64,000 bases of DNA from Squalus acanthias (taxonomy: Eukaryota). The notes under the pieces were generated by a model, which saw only the letters and a list, made by a program, of their open reading frames with translations, was not told the DNA's origin and did no database searches. A program made the translations under genes and the position numbers. Where the stretch lies: contig CM059432.1 in the NCBI GenBank assembly GCA_030390025.1, forward strand, positions 111,540,001 to 111,604,000, given 5' to 3'. This document shows, one piece after another, positions 26,123 through 38,600 of this stretch (position 1 is its first letter; every line of letters starts with the position of its first letter).

Positions 26123-27539
26123 AAGAACATAAGAAATAGGAGCAGGAGTAGGCCAATCGGCCCCTCGAGCCTGCTCCGCCATTCAATAAGATCATGGCTG
26201 ATCTGATCCTAACCGCCAATCTACTATCTATCACAGAACCATCTCCTGCATCTAACAGAATTGCACACACGAAATAGGAGCAGAATCAGGCTACACAGTC
26301 CCTGGGCCCGCTCCACTACCCACAGGGCCATGACCGATCCGAACCTAGACTCATGTCCAAATTCCTGCCCGCTCCCCGTAACCCTTAATGCCCTTTACTT
26401 CTAGGAAACTGTCTATTTCTGTTTTAAATTTAATTAATGTTGTAGCTTCTACAGCTTTTTGTGGCAGCATATTCCATGGACCTACCACCCTCTGAGTGAA
26501 GTAGTTCCTCCTCATCTCAGTTTTGAAAGAGCAGCCCCTTATTCTAAGACTATGTCCCCTAGTTCTAGTCTCACCCGTCATCGGGAACATCCTCCCCGCA
26601 TCCACCCGATCCAACCCCTTCACAATCTTATATGTTTCAATAAGATCGCCTCTCATTCTTCTGAACTCCAATGAGTAGAGTCCCAATCTACCCAACCTCT
26701 CCTCATATGACCACCCCCTCATCCCCAGGATTAACCGAGTGAACCTTTTTTGCACTGCCTCGAGAGCAAGGATGTCTTTCCTTAAGTAAGGACACCAAAA
26801 CTGTATGCAGTATTCCAGGTGCGGTCTCACCAATACCTTGTACAACTGAAGCAATACCTCCCTATTTTTATATTCTATCCCCCTAGCAATGAAAGCCAAC
26901 ATTCCATTTGCCTTCTTAATCACTTGCTGCACCTGCATACTAACCTTTTGAGTTTCGTGCACCAGGACCCCCAGATCCCTTTGCACTTCAGTACTCTCCA
27001 GTTTCTTGCCATTAAGATAATAAGTTGCTCTAGGAATTTTCCTGCCAAAGTGCATCACCTCACACTTTCCAGTGTTGTATTCCATCTGCCAAATCTCTGC
27101 CCACTTACTTAGCCTGTCTATGTCCCCTTGCAGGTTTTTTATGTCCTCCTCACTTACTACTTTCCCTCCCATCTTTGTATCATCTGCAAATTTTGATATG
27201 CTACACTTGGTCCCTTCCTCCAAATCGTTAATATAGATTGTAAAGAGTTGGGGACCCAGCACTGACCCCTGTGGAACACCACTAGTTACTGATTGCCAGT
27301 CTGAGAATGAACCATTTATCCCAACTCTTTGCTTTCTGTTAGATAGCCAATCCTCTATCCATGCCAGAATATGTCCCCCAATCCCGTGATTTTTTACCTT
27401 AAGCAATAATCTTTTGTGTGGCACCTTGTCAAATGCCTTTTGGAAGTCTAAATACACTACGTCCACTGGTTCCCCTTTATCCACTCTATATGTTACTTCC
27501 TCAAAGAACTCCAGCAAATTTGTCAAACATGACTTCCCC
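26123..27539 (-). mobile_element. Young 5'-truncated CR1 with an uninterrupted 391-aa RT C-terminal frame
   Basis: ORF 26351-27526 has [28 protein letters not shown] and no stops. Confidence 0.93.
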
Positions 27540-27621
27540 TTGTTTTCTTTGGAACAGAGGAGGCTGAGGGGAGACTTAATTGAGGTGTATAAAATTAGGA
27601 GGGGCGTAGATAGAGTGGATA

Positions 27622-28387
27622 AAGCGTAGGGTCAACTTGATCCAGAAACTCACCGGATCGACATGGGGGAGCAGACGCACAAAGCCTCCGTACAGCAGCA
27701 CTTGCCCTGGTGTAGTCTACAGCGGAGTACTGCTCTCCGGCATGGCTATCGAGTCCGAATGTCAAATCCATTGATGTCCAGCTGAATTCTACTATGAGAA
27801 TTATCACCGCTACGCTTTTATCGACACCAACGCCTTGGCTGCCCGTGCTTGCAAATATCGCACCACCACACCTACGCTGCGAATATGCAGTCTCCAGAGA
27901 ATACAACCGCTACACCAGCAAAGACATGCCGATCCAGGCCGCCTTGAACAACCTACCACCAACCCGTATCAAATCTAGAAGTCCATTTTGGACCGTCGCC
28001 GAAGCCCTTCAGTGATCTCCCCTCAGCCTTGATGACCGATGGCGAAATGCTTGGAAGAAATGCGACATACGGAATGGATTCCTTATAGAGGACCCCACAG
28101 TACAACCTGAAGGATCAAACCTTCCGCACAAACAGTGGACAACCATCAACTGCCTCAGAACTGTTCATGGTAGATGCTGCCACCTTTTCCATAGATGGAA
28201 GATTAAAGCTTCCCCATCATGCGACTGTGGAGCTCCTGATCAGACCCTGGAGCACATCCTTGAGCACTGCCCTCAGAGGAAATTTGCAGGCAGCCTACAA
28301 ATTATACATGCTGTTACACTGGAAGCCTGGGTATCTGACTTAGATATTGACATCTGATTTGCTTTGCTACTACCATACGAAAGAAGA
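27622..28387 (+). mobile_element. 5'-truncated Vingi-like LINE
   Basis: Highly similar to 3310-4068. 8-bp TSD AGTGGATA (27614-27621) / AGTGAATA (28388-28395). (GAA)n end. Confidence 0.88.
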
Positions 28388-29333
28388 AGTGAATAGGAAG
28401 GACCTATTTCACCTAGCAGAGAGGTCAATAACCAGGGGGCGTAGATTTAAAGTAATTGGTAGAAGGATTAGAGGGGGGTTGAGGAGAACTTTTTTCACCC
28501 AGAGGGTGGTGGTGGGTCTGGAACTCACTGCCTGAATGGGTGGTAGAGGCAGGAACTCTTATTGCATTTAAAAAGTACTTGGATATGCACTTAAAGACCT
28601 TTATTAGGTCACCCCTCAGCCTTTTTTCAAGAGAAAAGAGACCCAGCCTGTTCATCCTTTCCTAGAATCATAGAAAGTTACAGCACGGAAGGAGGCCATT
28701 TCGGCCCATCGTGTCTGCACCGGCCAACAAAGAGCTATCCAGCCTAATCCCACTTCCCAGCTCTTGGTCCGTAGCCCTGCAGGTTAGAGCATCCCAAGTG
28801 CACATCCAAGTACTTTTTAAATGTGGTTAGGGTTCCTGCCTCTACCACCCTTTCAGGCAGTGAGTTCCAGACCCCCACAACCCTCTGGGTGAAGAAATTT
28901 CCGCTCAAATCCCCTCTAAACCTTCCACCAATTACTTTAAATCTGTGCCCCCTGGTTTTTGACCCCTCTGCTAAGGGAAATAGTTCCTTTCTATCCACTT
29001 TATCTATGCCCCTCATAATTTAATACACCTCAATTAGATCTCCCCTCAGCCTCCTCTGTTCCAAGGAAAACAGACCCAGCCTATCCAGTCTTTCCTCATA
29101 GCTAAGATTCTCTACTCCCGGCAACATCTTTGTAAATCTCCTCTGTACCCTCTCTAGTGCAATCACATCTTTCCTGTAATGTGACCAGAACTGCACACAG
29201 TATTCTAGCTGAGGCCTAACTAGTGCTTTATACAGTTGAAGCATAACCCCCCCTGCTCTTGTATTCTATGCCACGGCTAATAAAGGCAAGCATTCCGTAT
29301 GCCTTCTTAACCACCTTATCTACCTGTCCTGCT

Positions 29334-30108
29334 CTTAGGCAGTCCCTCAGAACCGAAGATTACTTTATTCCACATTAAAAATGAGATCTCAGGTGACTGA
29401 TGAGTCCAATGCGGGACCTACAGTCTGTCACAGGTGGGGCAGACAGTGGTTGAAGGGGCGGGTGGGTGGGGTGCTTGGGTTGACGTGCACTCCTTCCGCT
29501 GTTTGCGCTTGGCTTCCGATTGCTCCCGGCGAAGGGACTCGAGGTATTCGGCGCCTTCCCGGATGCCTCTCCTCCACTTTGTGCGGTCTTGGGCCAGGGA
29601 TTCCCAGGTGTCGGTGGGGATGTTGTACTTTTTCAAGGAGGCTTTGAGGGTGTCCTTGAAGCGTTTCCTCTGCCCACCTGGGCTCTCTTGCCGTGTTGGA
29701 GCTCCGAGTAGAGCGCTTGTTTTGGAAGTCTCGTATCGGGCATGCTGACGATGTGACCCGTCCATCGGAGCTGATCGAGCGTGGTCAAAGCTTCGATGCT
29801 GGGGATGTTGGCCTGAGCGAGAACACTGACGTTGGTGCGCCTATCCTGCCAATGGATTTACAGGATCTTGCGGAGGCAGCGTTGGTGGTACCTCTCCAGT
29901 GCTTTGAGGTGCCTGCTGTAAATGGTCCATGTCTCTGAGGCATACAGGAGGGCGGGTATTACTGCTGCTCTGTAGACAATGAGCTTGGTGCCGGGTTTGA
30001 GGTTCTGGTCTTCAAACACTCTTCCTCAGGCGACCGAAGGCTGCACTGGCACACTGAAGGCGGTTCTGAACTTCGTCATCGACGCCTGCCCTTGTTGACA
30101 GTAGGCTC
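29334..30108 (-). mobile_element. 5'-truncated RTE LINE
   Basis: GGQRKRFKDTLKASLK..WESLAQDR..CPTC. TSD TCCTGCT at 29327-29333 and 30109-30115. Same family as 52867-56428. Confidence 0.92.
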
Positions 30109-30538
30109 TCCTGCTACCTTCAGGGATCTGTGGACATGCACTCCAAGGTCCCTTTGTTCATCTACGCTACTCAGTGTCCTACCATTTAATGTGTATTCCC
30201 TTTCCTTGTTAGCCCACCCCAAATGCATTACCTCACACTTCTCCAGATTAAATTCCATTTGCCACTGTTCTGCCCACGTGACCAATTTATTGATATCTTC
30301 CTGCAGTCTACAGCGTCCTTCTTCAGTATCAACCACACAGCCGATTTTAGTATCATCTGCAAACTTCTTAATCTTACCCCCTATATTCAAGTCTAGATCG
30401 TTGATATATACCACAAAAAGCAAGAGACCTAGTACTGAGCCCTGTGGAACCCCACTGGAAACAGCCTTCCAGTCACAAAAACACCCATCAACCATTACCC
30501 TCTGCTTCCTGTCTCCGAGCCAGTTTTGAATCCAACTT

Positions 30539-30707
30539 AACAACAGAAAACGCTGGAAAAACTCAGCAGGCCAGGCAGCATCCGTGGAGAGAGAAACAGA
30601 GTTAACTCTGTTTCTCTCTCCACGGATGCTGCCTGGCCTGCTGAGTTTTTCCAGCGTTTTCTGTTGTTATTTCGGATTTCCAGCATCCGCAGTATTTTGC
30701 TATCGCA
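30539..30707. mobile_element. Palindromic Penelope-like mini-element (family A)
   Basis: Perfect loop-less 132-bp palindrome 30538-30669 plus 3' tail. 14-bp TSD TTTGAATCCAACTT at 30525-30538 and 30708-30721. Confidence 0.88.
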
Positions 30708-32455
30708 TTTGAATCCAACTTGACACTTTGCCCTGGATCCCATGGGCTTTTAACTTTGTGACCAGTCTGCAATGTGGAACCTTATCAAAAGCCTTGCTAA
30801 AGTCCATATACACTACATCAAATGCACTACCCTCATCTACCCTCCTTGTTACCTACTGAAAAAATTCAATCAAGTTTGTCAGACACGACCTTCCCTTAAC
30901 AAATCCGTGCTGACTATCCTTGATTAATCCGTGTCTTTCGAAATGAAGATTTATCCTGTCCTTCAGAATTCTTTCCAATAATTTTTCCACCACCGAGATT
31001 AGGCTGACTGGCCTGTAATTACTCGGTCTATCCTTTTCTCCCTTTTTAAATAAGGGTACCACATTAGCAGTCCTCCAGTCCTCTGGCAGCACACCTGAAG
31101 CCAGAGAGGATTGAAAAATGATGGTATGTATACCCTCACATTTCTGGTATCACCCTTGTACATCTTCTCTGCACCCTCTCCAGGTTTTTGCGGTCCACGG
31201 TGAACGAACGACGTTCGCTGTTCAATACACTTACAGCGGCCCACAGATTTTCCTGGGCTTTTGAGCAACAACTTACGTTCGTTGGGCGTCTGAAATGGGA
31301 TCTGGGACCTGTGTGAACAGGGCAAGCAACAAGCGTGTCTCCTCAACCAATCAGATTGAAGAATGCTCACTGAGTCACGCAGGGGGGAATTTTAACCCCA
31401 AAAACAAGCGGGGTTGGGTGGGAGGTTAAAGTGTTAAAAATCTGAATCCCGACCCCAACCTGCCTCCAACCCGCCCACTTCCACTTTTAACGGAGGCGGG
31501 ACGGGGGGAGGTGGCCAACCTGCTCGCAGGAGGCGGGTCGGCACTTTAAATATTATAATGAGACTGCATGCCTCTTTTGGAAGCACCATTTTAAATTTAC
31601 ATCGGGGAACCCGGCAGCTCAAGGAAGGCAAAGACTGCTGAATCCAGGAGGTAAGTGCCTTTCCACTTGCCTGCTGGATTCAGTGTCCTTGCCTCCGATC
31701 TCCCCCCCGCCCCCTCCACCACCCCCCCCCCCCCCCCCACCACCCTGCCCACAGAGTCGAAACCAGAGAGTGTAAGTTAGAATATTAATTCAAAATCAGA
31801 AAGCAAAATAAAGAGAGGGAAAGAATGATGGGATTAAGAGAGAGAGAGAGAGAGATCATAGAAACTTACAGCACAGAAGGAGGCCATTGGCCCATCGTGC
31901 CTGTGCTGGCTCTTTGAAAGAGCAGTCGTGCTCAGTCCCACACCCCCCGCTTTTTGTCCGTAACCCTGTAAGTTCCTCATCCTCAAGAACCTGTCCAACT
32001 CCATTTTAAAATTATTTATGGAATCAACTTCCACCAGCTTTTCAGGTCGAGCGTTCCAGATCCCAACAACTCTGAGTGAAACCATTTCTCCTCATCTCCC
32101 CACTAGATCTTTTTCCAATGATTTTAAATCTATGACCTCGAGTTATTGACCCACTCGCCAGAGGGAATAACTTTTCTCTATCTACGCTGTCAAAACCTCT
32201 CATCATCTTGAAAACCTCTATTAGGTCACCTCTTAACCTTCTCTGTTCCAAGGAGAACAGTCCTAACTTTTCCAACCTCTCCTCATAACTGAAGTCCCTC
32301 ATCCCTGGTAACATCCTGGTAAATCTCCTCTGTACCCTTTCTAAGGCCTTACATCTTTCCTGGTGTGGTGCCCAGAATTGTCCACAATACTCCAGCTAAG
32401 GCCTAACCAGTGATTTATAAAGCTCTTGCACAATCTCTTTGCTTTTATACTTTCT

Positions 32456-34384
32456 GGCCGCGATTTTGCTGGCGGTCAGCTGTGAAATTTAAACTGATTG
32501 GGAACCCGCTGTCAAAACGTGCACACTTGCATTTCCTGATGTCGGGTATGCCAGCGCTGAGCAGACCCGACAGGCAGCGGCGGGAGACTCAATTCAAATC
32601 ATTAGTGGCTTGTTTACAGCCACTTAACAATGCTTTTTTCCCCAGCTTTTTCAATTTGACCAGTCGCCCACCGGTTTCCCGCTGTGCCTAGACCTCGCCT
32701 GTGAAGCTGAGGTGGGAGGTCACTGCCCATTGAATCAGCTGATGAGTTGACAGCTTCAAATGTCAAGTCAAAGATCCCAGCTGATTGAGAAATGTTCCCT
32801 TAACCACCAGCTTCTCTAAACTGCATTTCTACTACAGATTCAGGATGCTGTAAGTCTTTACACAAGTCTCCATCCAGTCTGACCTCATGACCTCTCTCAC
32901 CATTGACAGATCGCTTCTGTCATCTCTACTTCACCTGCCATCTATTCCATCAGCATGGGTGCACTTTATACTCTCTCACCTTGGTCCTCAGAATCTGACC
33001 ACGATCAGCCCCAACACCAGCATCACCGGGCACACCAACAGCACCAACAACAACACCAACCTTCTCCGCATCACCTGATGCTGCACATGACAGAGGGCAT
33101 CACCAGCCGATGCCAGGGATGGCCTCACCTTGGCCACATTTACTTCACTTGACGCTGCACACCCTGACAGCCACATGATGCGCCAGGTTGGCACCACCCC
33201 ACACCAACAACATAAAGCATCCCTACAATGCCCAAGCCATTCCTTTCACACTCATCATCATTGCGGGGGGTACCGTTATGTCTCACCATTCACTGCAACT
33301 CACTAAGCCACTTCCAAAGGTGCACACAAATCTATCCAACAGTGTTGAAAATGAAGGTTTCAGTGTTTGACAGCACATTAACAGAAACTTCACATGAACA
33401 TTGGCTAAAACACCCAAGTGGCTACCCTTGTGTGTTGTTAGTTGGTATGATTGGACTAGGATGAGGGTGAGTGTGAGGAGTGGCTAGTGAGATGGGGAGG
33501 TGATAATGTAGTTAGAGAGGGATGGGTGGAGGTGCAAGGTAAGTTGGTGTGAGGGAGGATGTGCAGGAGTAGGGTAGGGAAGGCAGAGTGATGGGGATGT
33601 GATGAAAGGCACAGCAGGATGAGGTTGAGTGTGGCTTTGCAGTAACGTTTCGTGATCTACTGAGATCATTGAAATGTTTGCGCCACTGCAGCCTGGTACT
33701 CCTAACGACATCCCTGTTTGTGACCTCCTGTGCAATGTGCAACCAGGCTGCGTTGGTCTCCTGGGGAGGTCTCTTCTGCCATTGGAAGGGAAGAGGACCT
33801 CCCTGTGTGCTGTGACTCCCTCCATAAGCATATGGAGGGAGTCATGGGAGAGCCTGGGTGCAGCCGTGCACCTCTGTGCAGTGCTTGTCAGTGTTTGCAG
33901 CACCTCAATGCTGTAGAACACTCACAGCACAACTGTCAAAGTAATTTTGTGAGAAGTCGCACAACACCAGGTTATAGTCCAACAGTTTTATTTGAAATCA
34001 CAAGCTTTCGGAGCTGCTGCTCCTTCGTGACTTCACCTGACGAAGGAGCAGCGCTCCGAAAGCTTGTGATTTCAAATAAAGCTGTTGGACTATAACCTGG
34101 TGTTGTGCGACTTCTCACATTTGTCCACCCCAGTCCAACACCGGCATCTCCACATCAAAGTAATTTTGGGCATGGTCCCTATAAGGAAACCGGCTGATGA
34201 CGCGTCATCAAATGATGTCATCAGACCCGTTTCCTTCAATTGGCCGGGAAACTCGCTGGGTGGGCTTAACAAGCCCAATCAGGGGAAAGTCATGTTGGAG
34301 GCCAGGATGGAGCCAGCAGCGGAGCCGCGACCTGCCATCGACATCGTCCGCTACGGACCCGCCAATGTTGGGAAAATCGTGGCC
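32456..34384. mobile_element. Non-autonomous PIF/Harbinger element with a Myb/SANT-like gene remnant (- strand)
   Basis: TIR GGCCGCGATTTT / AAAATCGTGGCC. TSD TCT. The - strand at about 33650-33870 reads AAPRLSHDSLHMLMEGV..REVLFP..HIAQEVT..QWRKHFNDL. Confidence 0.82.
33950..34154. mobile_element. Palindromic Penelope-like mini-element (family B, second copy) with an intact hammerhead at 34033-34069 (+)
   Basis: About 80-bp inverted arms, nearly identical to 15015-15443. 14-bp TSD TCAAAGTAATTTTG at 33936-33949 and 34155-34168. Confidence 0.88.
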
Positions 34385-35979
34385 TCTGTCTCTATTTATA
34401 AATCCAAGTAACTCATATGCTTTTTTTAACCACCTTATCAACTTGCCCTGCCACCTTTAAGGATTTGTGTATATGGACACCAAGGTCTCTCTGCTCATCA
34501 ACACTTTTCAAAATCGTGCCGTTAATAGTATACTGTCTTTCCATATTAGGACTCCCAAAGTGCATCACTTCACACTTCTCCGCATTGAAACTCTATCCTC
34601 CATGCTTCTGCCCATTTCACCATCCTGTCTGTGTCATCCTGAAGCCCTATGACTATCCTCATCATGATCTTCTATGTTGCCAAGTTTCGTATTATCTGCA
34701 AACTTTATAATGCTGCTCCCTACACCTGAATCTAGGTCTTTCTAAAAATTGAAAAGAGTAATGAACCCAAAACTGACCCTTGGGGAACACCACTGCAAAC
34801 CACCTCCCAGCCTGAAAAATTATACTGCACCTTAGGACCTCAAGGTGCTTTGCAACCGATTGACGATTTTTGAAGTGCAGTCAGTGTTGTTATGTAACTA
34901 AATAATAGGTGCACATATTTAGATTTTTGCCATGACAGCCATGTTTTTGACACTAAGTGTAGCTGAGGGTAGCAGGTGAGTTCTCCTTTGCTTTTATTAT
35001 TTTCCCTCCTGAGTGAAACCTTTACTTTAACTTTTATTTGAATTTTTAAATGTTTTCCCAAAACAAATGCAATGACTTTTTATTGAGATGACTGGCTGGA
35101 AGCCCAGAAAAAGATCTGAGCGCTCACAACTAGCAGTTCAATATTAACACTACATAATGTAATTGGCGACATTCTTCTCAGTTGAGTATATACTGTTTAA
35201 TATATATTAAGTCAAGAGTTGTAGTTTAGTCTTATTTCATCTATTCAGAATTTGAAGTCTGGACATTTTTTTAAAAGATTGACCTGCTTGATATCCTGCT
35301 TGCTATGCACTTCCCTTCTTGGTCAAGGATATATCTTGAGATCCGAAATTGCAAATATTTCAAGTGATTTAGATTGAAGATGTTGCAGTATAGTTTCCAT
35401 CAGGCTAAAATCAGATGAATAACTTGGGGACGGAATTGTTAATTGTACTTCCTGACAACACGCTTTGCTACCAAAGAGCTGCCTTATGACAACAACCCAT
35501 GTCCACATGTTTCCTCTTAATCTTCTGGCTGCTTTTCTTTATTTAAAAATACAATGCAGTCAAAGCGGGGGGGGGGTGGTGTGTGTGTGTCCTACTGTAT
35601 CATCCTTAGTCACTGTGAGCCACCTAATAATGTGAACTCTCAACATCTAAGAGAGCATAAAACTGCAATCAGTAAATTGTATCACATTGCTTCTAACTAT
35701 CGGGTCAGCTCTATGGTAGAGGGTAGCGATGTTTTCTCTGCAGTTCCTGCCTTAAAGAGCCAAACCACACAAAGCCCAGTGAGCATGTATCTGGGAAAGA
35801 CACTTCAAAGCTAAAAGCAAATGAACTGTAAAATGTTTATATAACTATTGTAGTTGACCATCCTACATTTAACCGATCTTGAGTTTTTTTTGCAATTGCT
35901 TTCATTCTAAAATATATGTAACTGACATGTTGAGAACGGAAAGGTATTTCTGAAAACTAGCCTCTTTCCAGGAATGGGA

Positions 35980-37056
35980 TTTTTTTTATTAGTTTATGGG
36001 ATCAGGGCGTCGCTGGCAATGCCCGCATTTATTGCCCATCCCTAGTTGCCCTTGAGAAGGTGGTGGTGAGCCGCCTTCTTGAACTGCTGCAGTCCGTGTG
36101 GTGAAGGTACTCCCACAGTGCTGTTAGTTAGGGAGTTCCAGGATTTTGACCCAGCGACGATGAAGGATCGGCGATATATTTCTAAGTCAGGATGGTGTGT
36201 GACTTGGAGGGGAACTTGGAGGTGGTGGTGTTCCCATGCGCCTGCTGCCCTTGTCCTTCTAGGTGGAAGAGGTCGCAGGTTTGGGAGGTGCTGCCGAAGA
36301 AGGCTTGGCGAGTTGCTGCAGTGCATCTTGTAGATGGTACACACTGCAGCCACGGCACGCCGGTGGTGGAGGGAGTGAATGTTTAAGGTGGTGGATGGGG
36401 TGCCAATCAAGCGGGCTGCTTTATCCTGGATGGTGTCGAGCTTCTTGAGTGTTGTTGGAGCTGCACTCATCCAGGCAAGTGGAGAGTATTGCATCACACT
36501 CCTTACTTGTGCTTTGTAGATGGTGGAAAGGCTTTGGGGAGTCAGGAGGTGAGACACTCACCGCAGAATACCCAGCCTCTGACCTGCTCTTGTTGCCACA
36601 GTATTTATGTGGCTGGTCCAGTTAAGGTTCTGGTTAATGGTGACCCCCAGGATGTTGATGGTGGGGGATTCGGCGATGTTAATGCCATTGAATGTCAAGG
36701 GGAGGTGGTTAGACTCTCGCTTGTTGGATATAGTCATCGCCTGGTACTTCTGTGGCGCGAATGTTACCTGCCACTTATCAGCCCAAGCCTGAACGTCGTC
36801 CAGGTCTTGTTGCATGCGGGCATGGACTGCTTCATTATCAGTGGAGTTGCAAATGGCGCTGAACACTGTGCAGTCATCAGCGAACATCCCCATTTCTGAC
36901 CTTGTGTTGGAGGGAAGGTCATTGATGAAGCAGCTGAAGATGGTTGGGCCTAGGACACTGCCCTGAGGAACTCCTGCAGCAATGTCCTGGGTCTGTGATG
37001 ATTGACCTTCAACCACCACAACCATCTTCCTTTGTGCTAGGTATGACTCCAACCAT
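35980..37056 (-). mobile_element. 5'-truncated copy of the single-ORF CR1/L2-group LINE
   Basis: ORFs 36558-37052 ([15 protein letters not shown]) and 36042-36557, separated by one stop. Confidence 0.93.
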
Positions 37057-37429
37057 GGGAAGTTGGTTCATGCTGAGCGCAACGGTTTGATGTCTGCAAT
37101 CCATTACATAGATTGAACATGCCATTCTACCTAATTCATTAAAATTTTAGCACAATGTTGAACTAGTAAGGTGACCTCTAGTATGTTTCAGAATTATGAA
37201 CATGACACTGTACATCTCAAACAGGCAGTTAAATGCAGAGAATGAAAGACAAAATCATGATCTGTCAAACACAGAGGCATAGGAAAAAGTCGATTATGAA
37301 ACTCTGCTTGCTCTTGTAATTAAATACTTTTGGGATACATTACATACACCATAATCTCATTACTGAATACTTAGTTTGTTGTGAAAACTAGGTGAAAGGT
37401 CAAGGGCCATAGTGGAGGACATCACCAAG

Positions 37430-38600
37430 GTTCAAAAGGGTAGGTGAGAAGACTAGTTAATCGGGAATAGCCATTAAGTGGCATGAACCTTGGGTTTTAA
37501 AAGCTGAAGCTTGTAGGAAGAAGTAAAGACTAAGGTAGGTAAAGAGTTCCATGGTTTTGAGAGCTGAGGGGAAAATGACTTAAAGGTTACAGAATGATGA
37601 AGATTCATATACTGAAGATACAAAATTCCCGTGTTTGTTTTCCTCTTTCGTGGCAAATACTTCTTTTCCCCTCTGAGGGTATTTGCAGCTTTGTAGGAAC
37701 AAGAGAAAAGCTCAAAGGAGAAACAGTAAGACAGAGAGAGAGATGAGATTGGTTACAATGAAGAGAGAGGCTTAAGATGAGACAGGAATTACCTTTCAGA
37801 TAACAAGCTAATTCCTGTATCATTTCTTGCAGTGCAAGGTAATTGTTGGAGCCTTCTCAGATGTGGGAGTACTGTACGTACAAATCTTCAGCAGACTTGA
37901 GCTTTATAGAGAGTCAAGAGTTGCAGAGGGGAAAATAAGTATTTGCCACGAAAGAGGAAAATGGACTTTGTGGAGGCAGTTTTAGCAATGAAGGACATGT
38001 GGAAGTTGTATTTGAGATCCGTGGCAATAGTGAAGCCAAGGATATCAACTGATTTTATTAAGGGCCATCAAAAGTTAGAAGTGGTTGTTGTGGATTGGAT
38101 TTCAGAGATATGGAGAATCTGTGGCATTGAAAGAAACAAGATTTCATTGCCTTATCGGAAGACATGAAGGACAATATGCAATGATACAGCCATTGGATTG
38201 AGGAATGAAGGTGATATATATGGAGGGTGGTGAGAAACAAGCCATGATTCTGGAAGAAGTCAAAGATAGTTATGGTGAATTCTGTACCATTGATTTTCAG
38301 CTGTTGCGAACAGGAAAGATGAAAGATCACTATGTGATGCAGTTCCCCACAGAGCGCTGTTGTATTGGTGTTAAATCTCATTCATTTAGGAATTCTGATG
38401 AGTCCTGGCAAAAGCATGGGTTGGATTAGATGATTGGTGGGGGGAGTGGGTATCATTAATATGGAGAAGGGAGAGTCTGGAAGGGAGAATAGAGCCCTAG
38501 GGAATTCTTGAGGATGATATGAGAGTACAAATATAATGACTGAAGAGGAAACTAAATAGGCATGAACACTGCATTGGTAGGACACCTTAGGGTAACTTGT
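37430..38600 (-). mobile_element. Ancient, highly decayed LINE (L2/CR1 group) fragments
   Basis: Remnant motifs KPWNSLP, LFSPLQLLTLYK and a PQG-like block near 38490-38512. Confidence 0.4.

Larger units (their letters stand above)
25103..28593 (+). mobile_element. CR1 LINE (RT region) hosting nested CR1 and Vingi insertions
   Basis: PVSLTSVVGKLLE, DFSKAFDKVPH, KFADDTK. Resumes at 27540 and again at 28388. Confidence 0.9.
28662..31115 (-). mobile_element. CR1 LINE hosting RTE and PLE insertions
   Basis: ORFs 30853-31092, 30076-30543, 29020-29244 and 28744-29016 are collinear CR1 RT pieces. Confidence 0.9.
31856..34820 (-). mobile_element. CR1 LINE split by a Harbinger insertion
   Basis: ORF 32042-32314 is the RT C-terminus. 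The element resumes at 34385 and runs to CCTTGGGGAACACC (GVPQG, reverse). Confidence 0.85.

Noticed and set aside
31180..31790. Further Harbinger-like MITE pieces
   Set aside because: TIR-like starts are visible, but matching ends and TSDs could not be defined.
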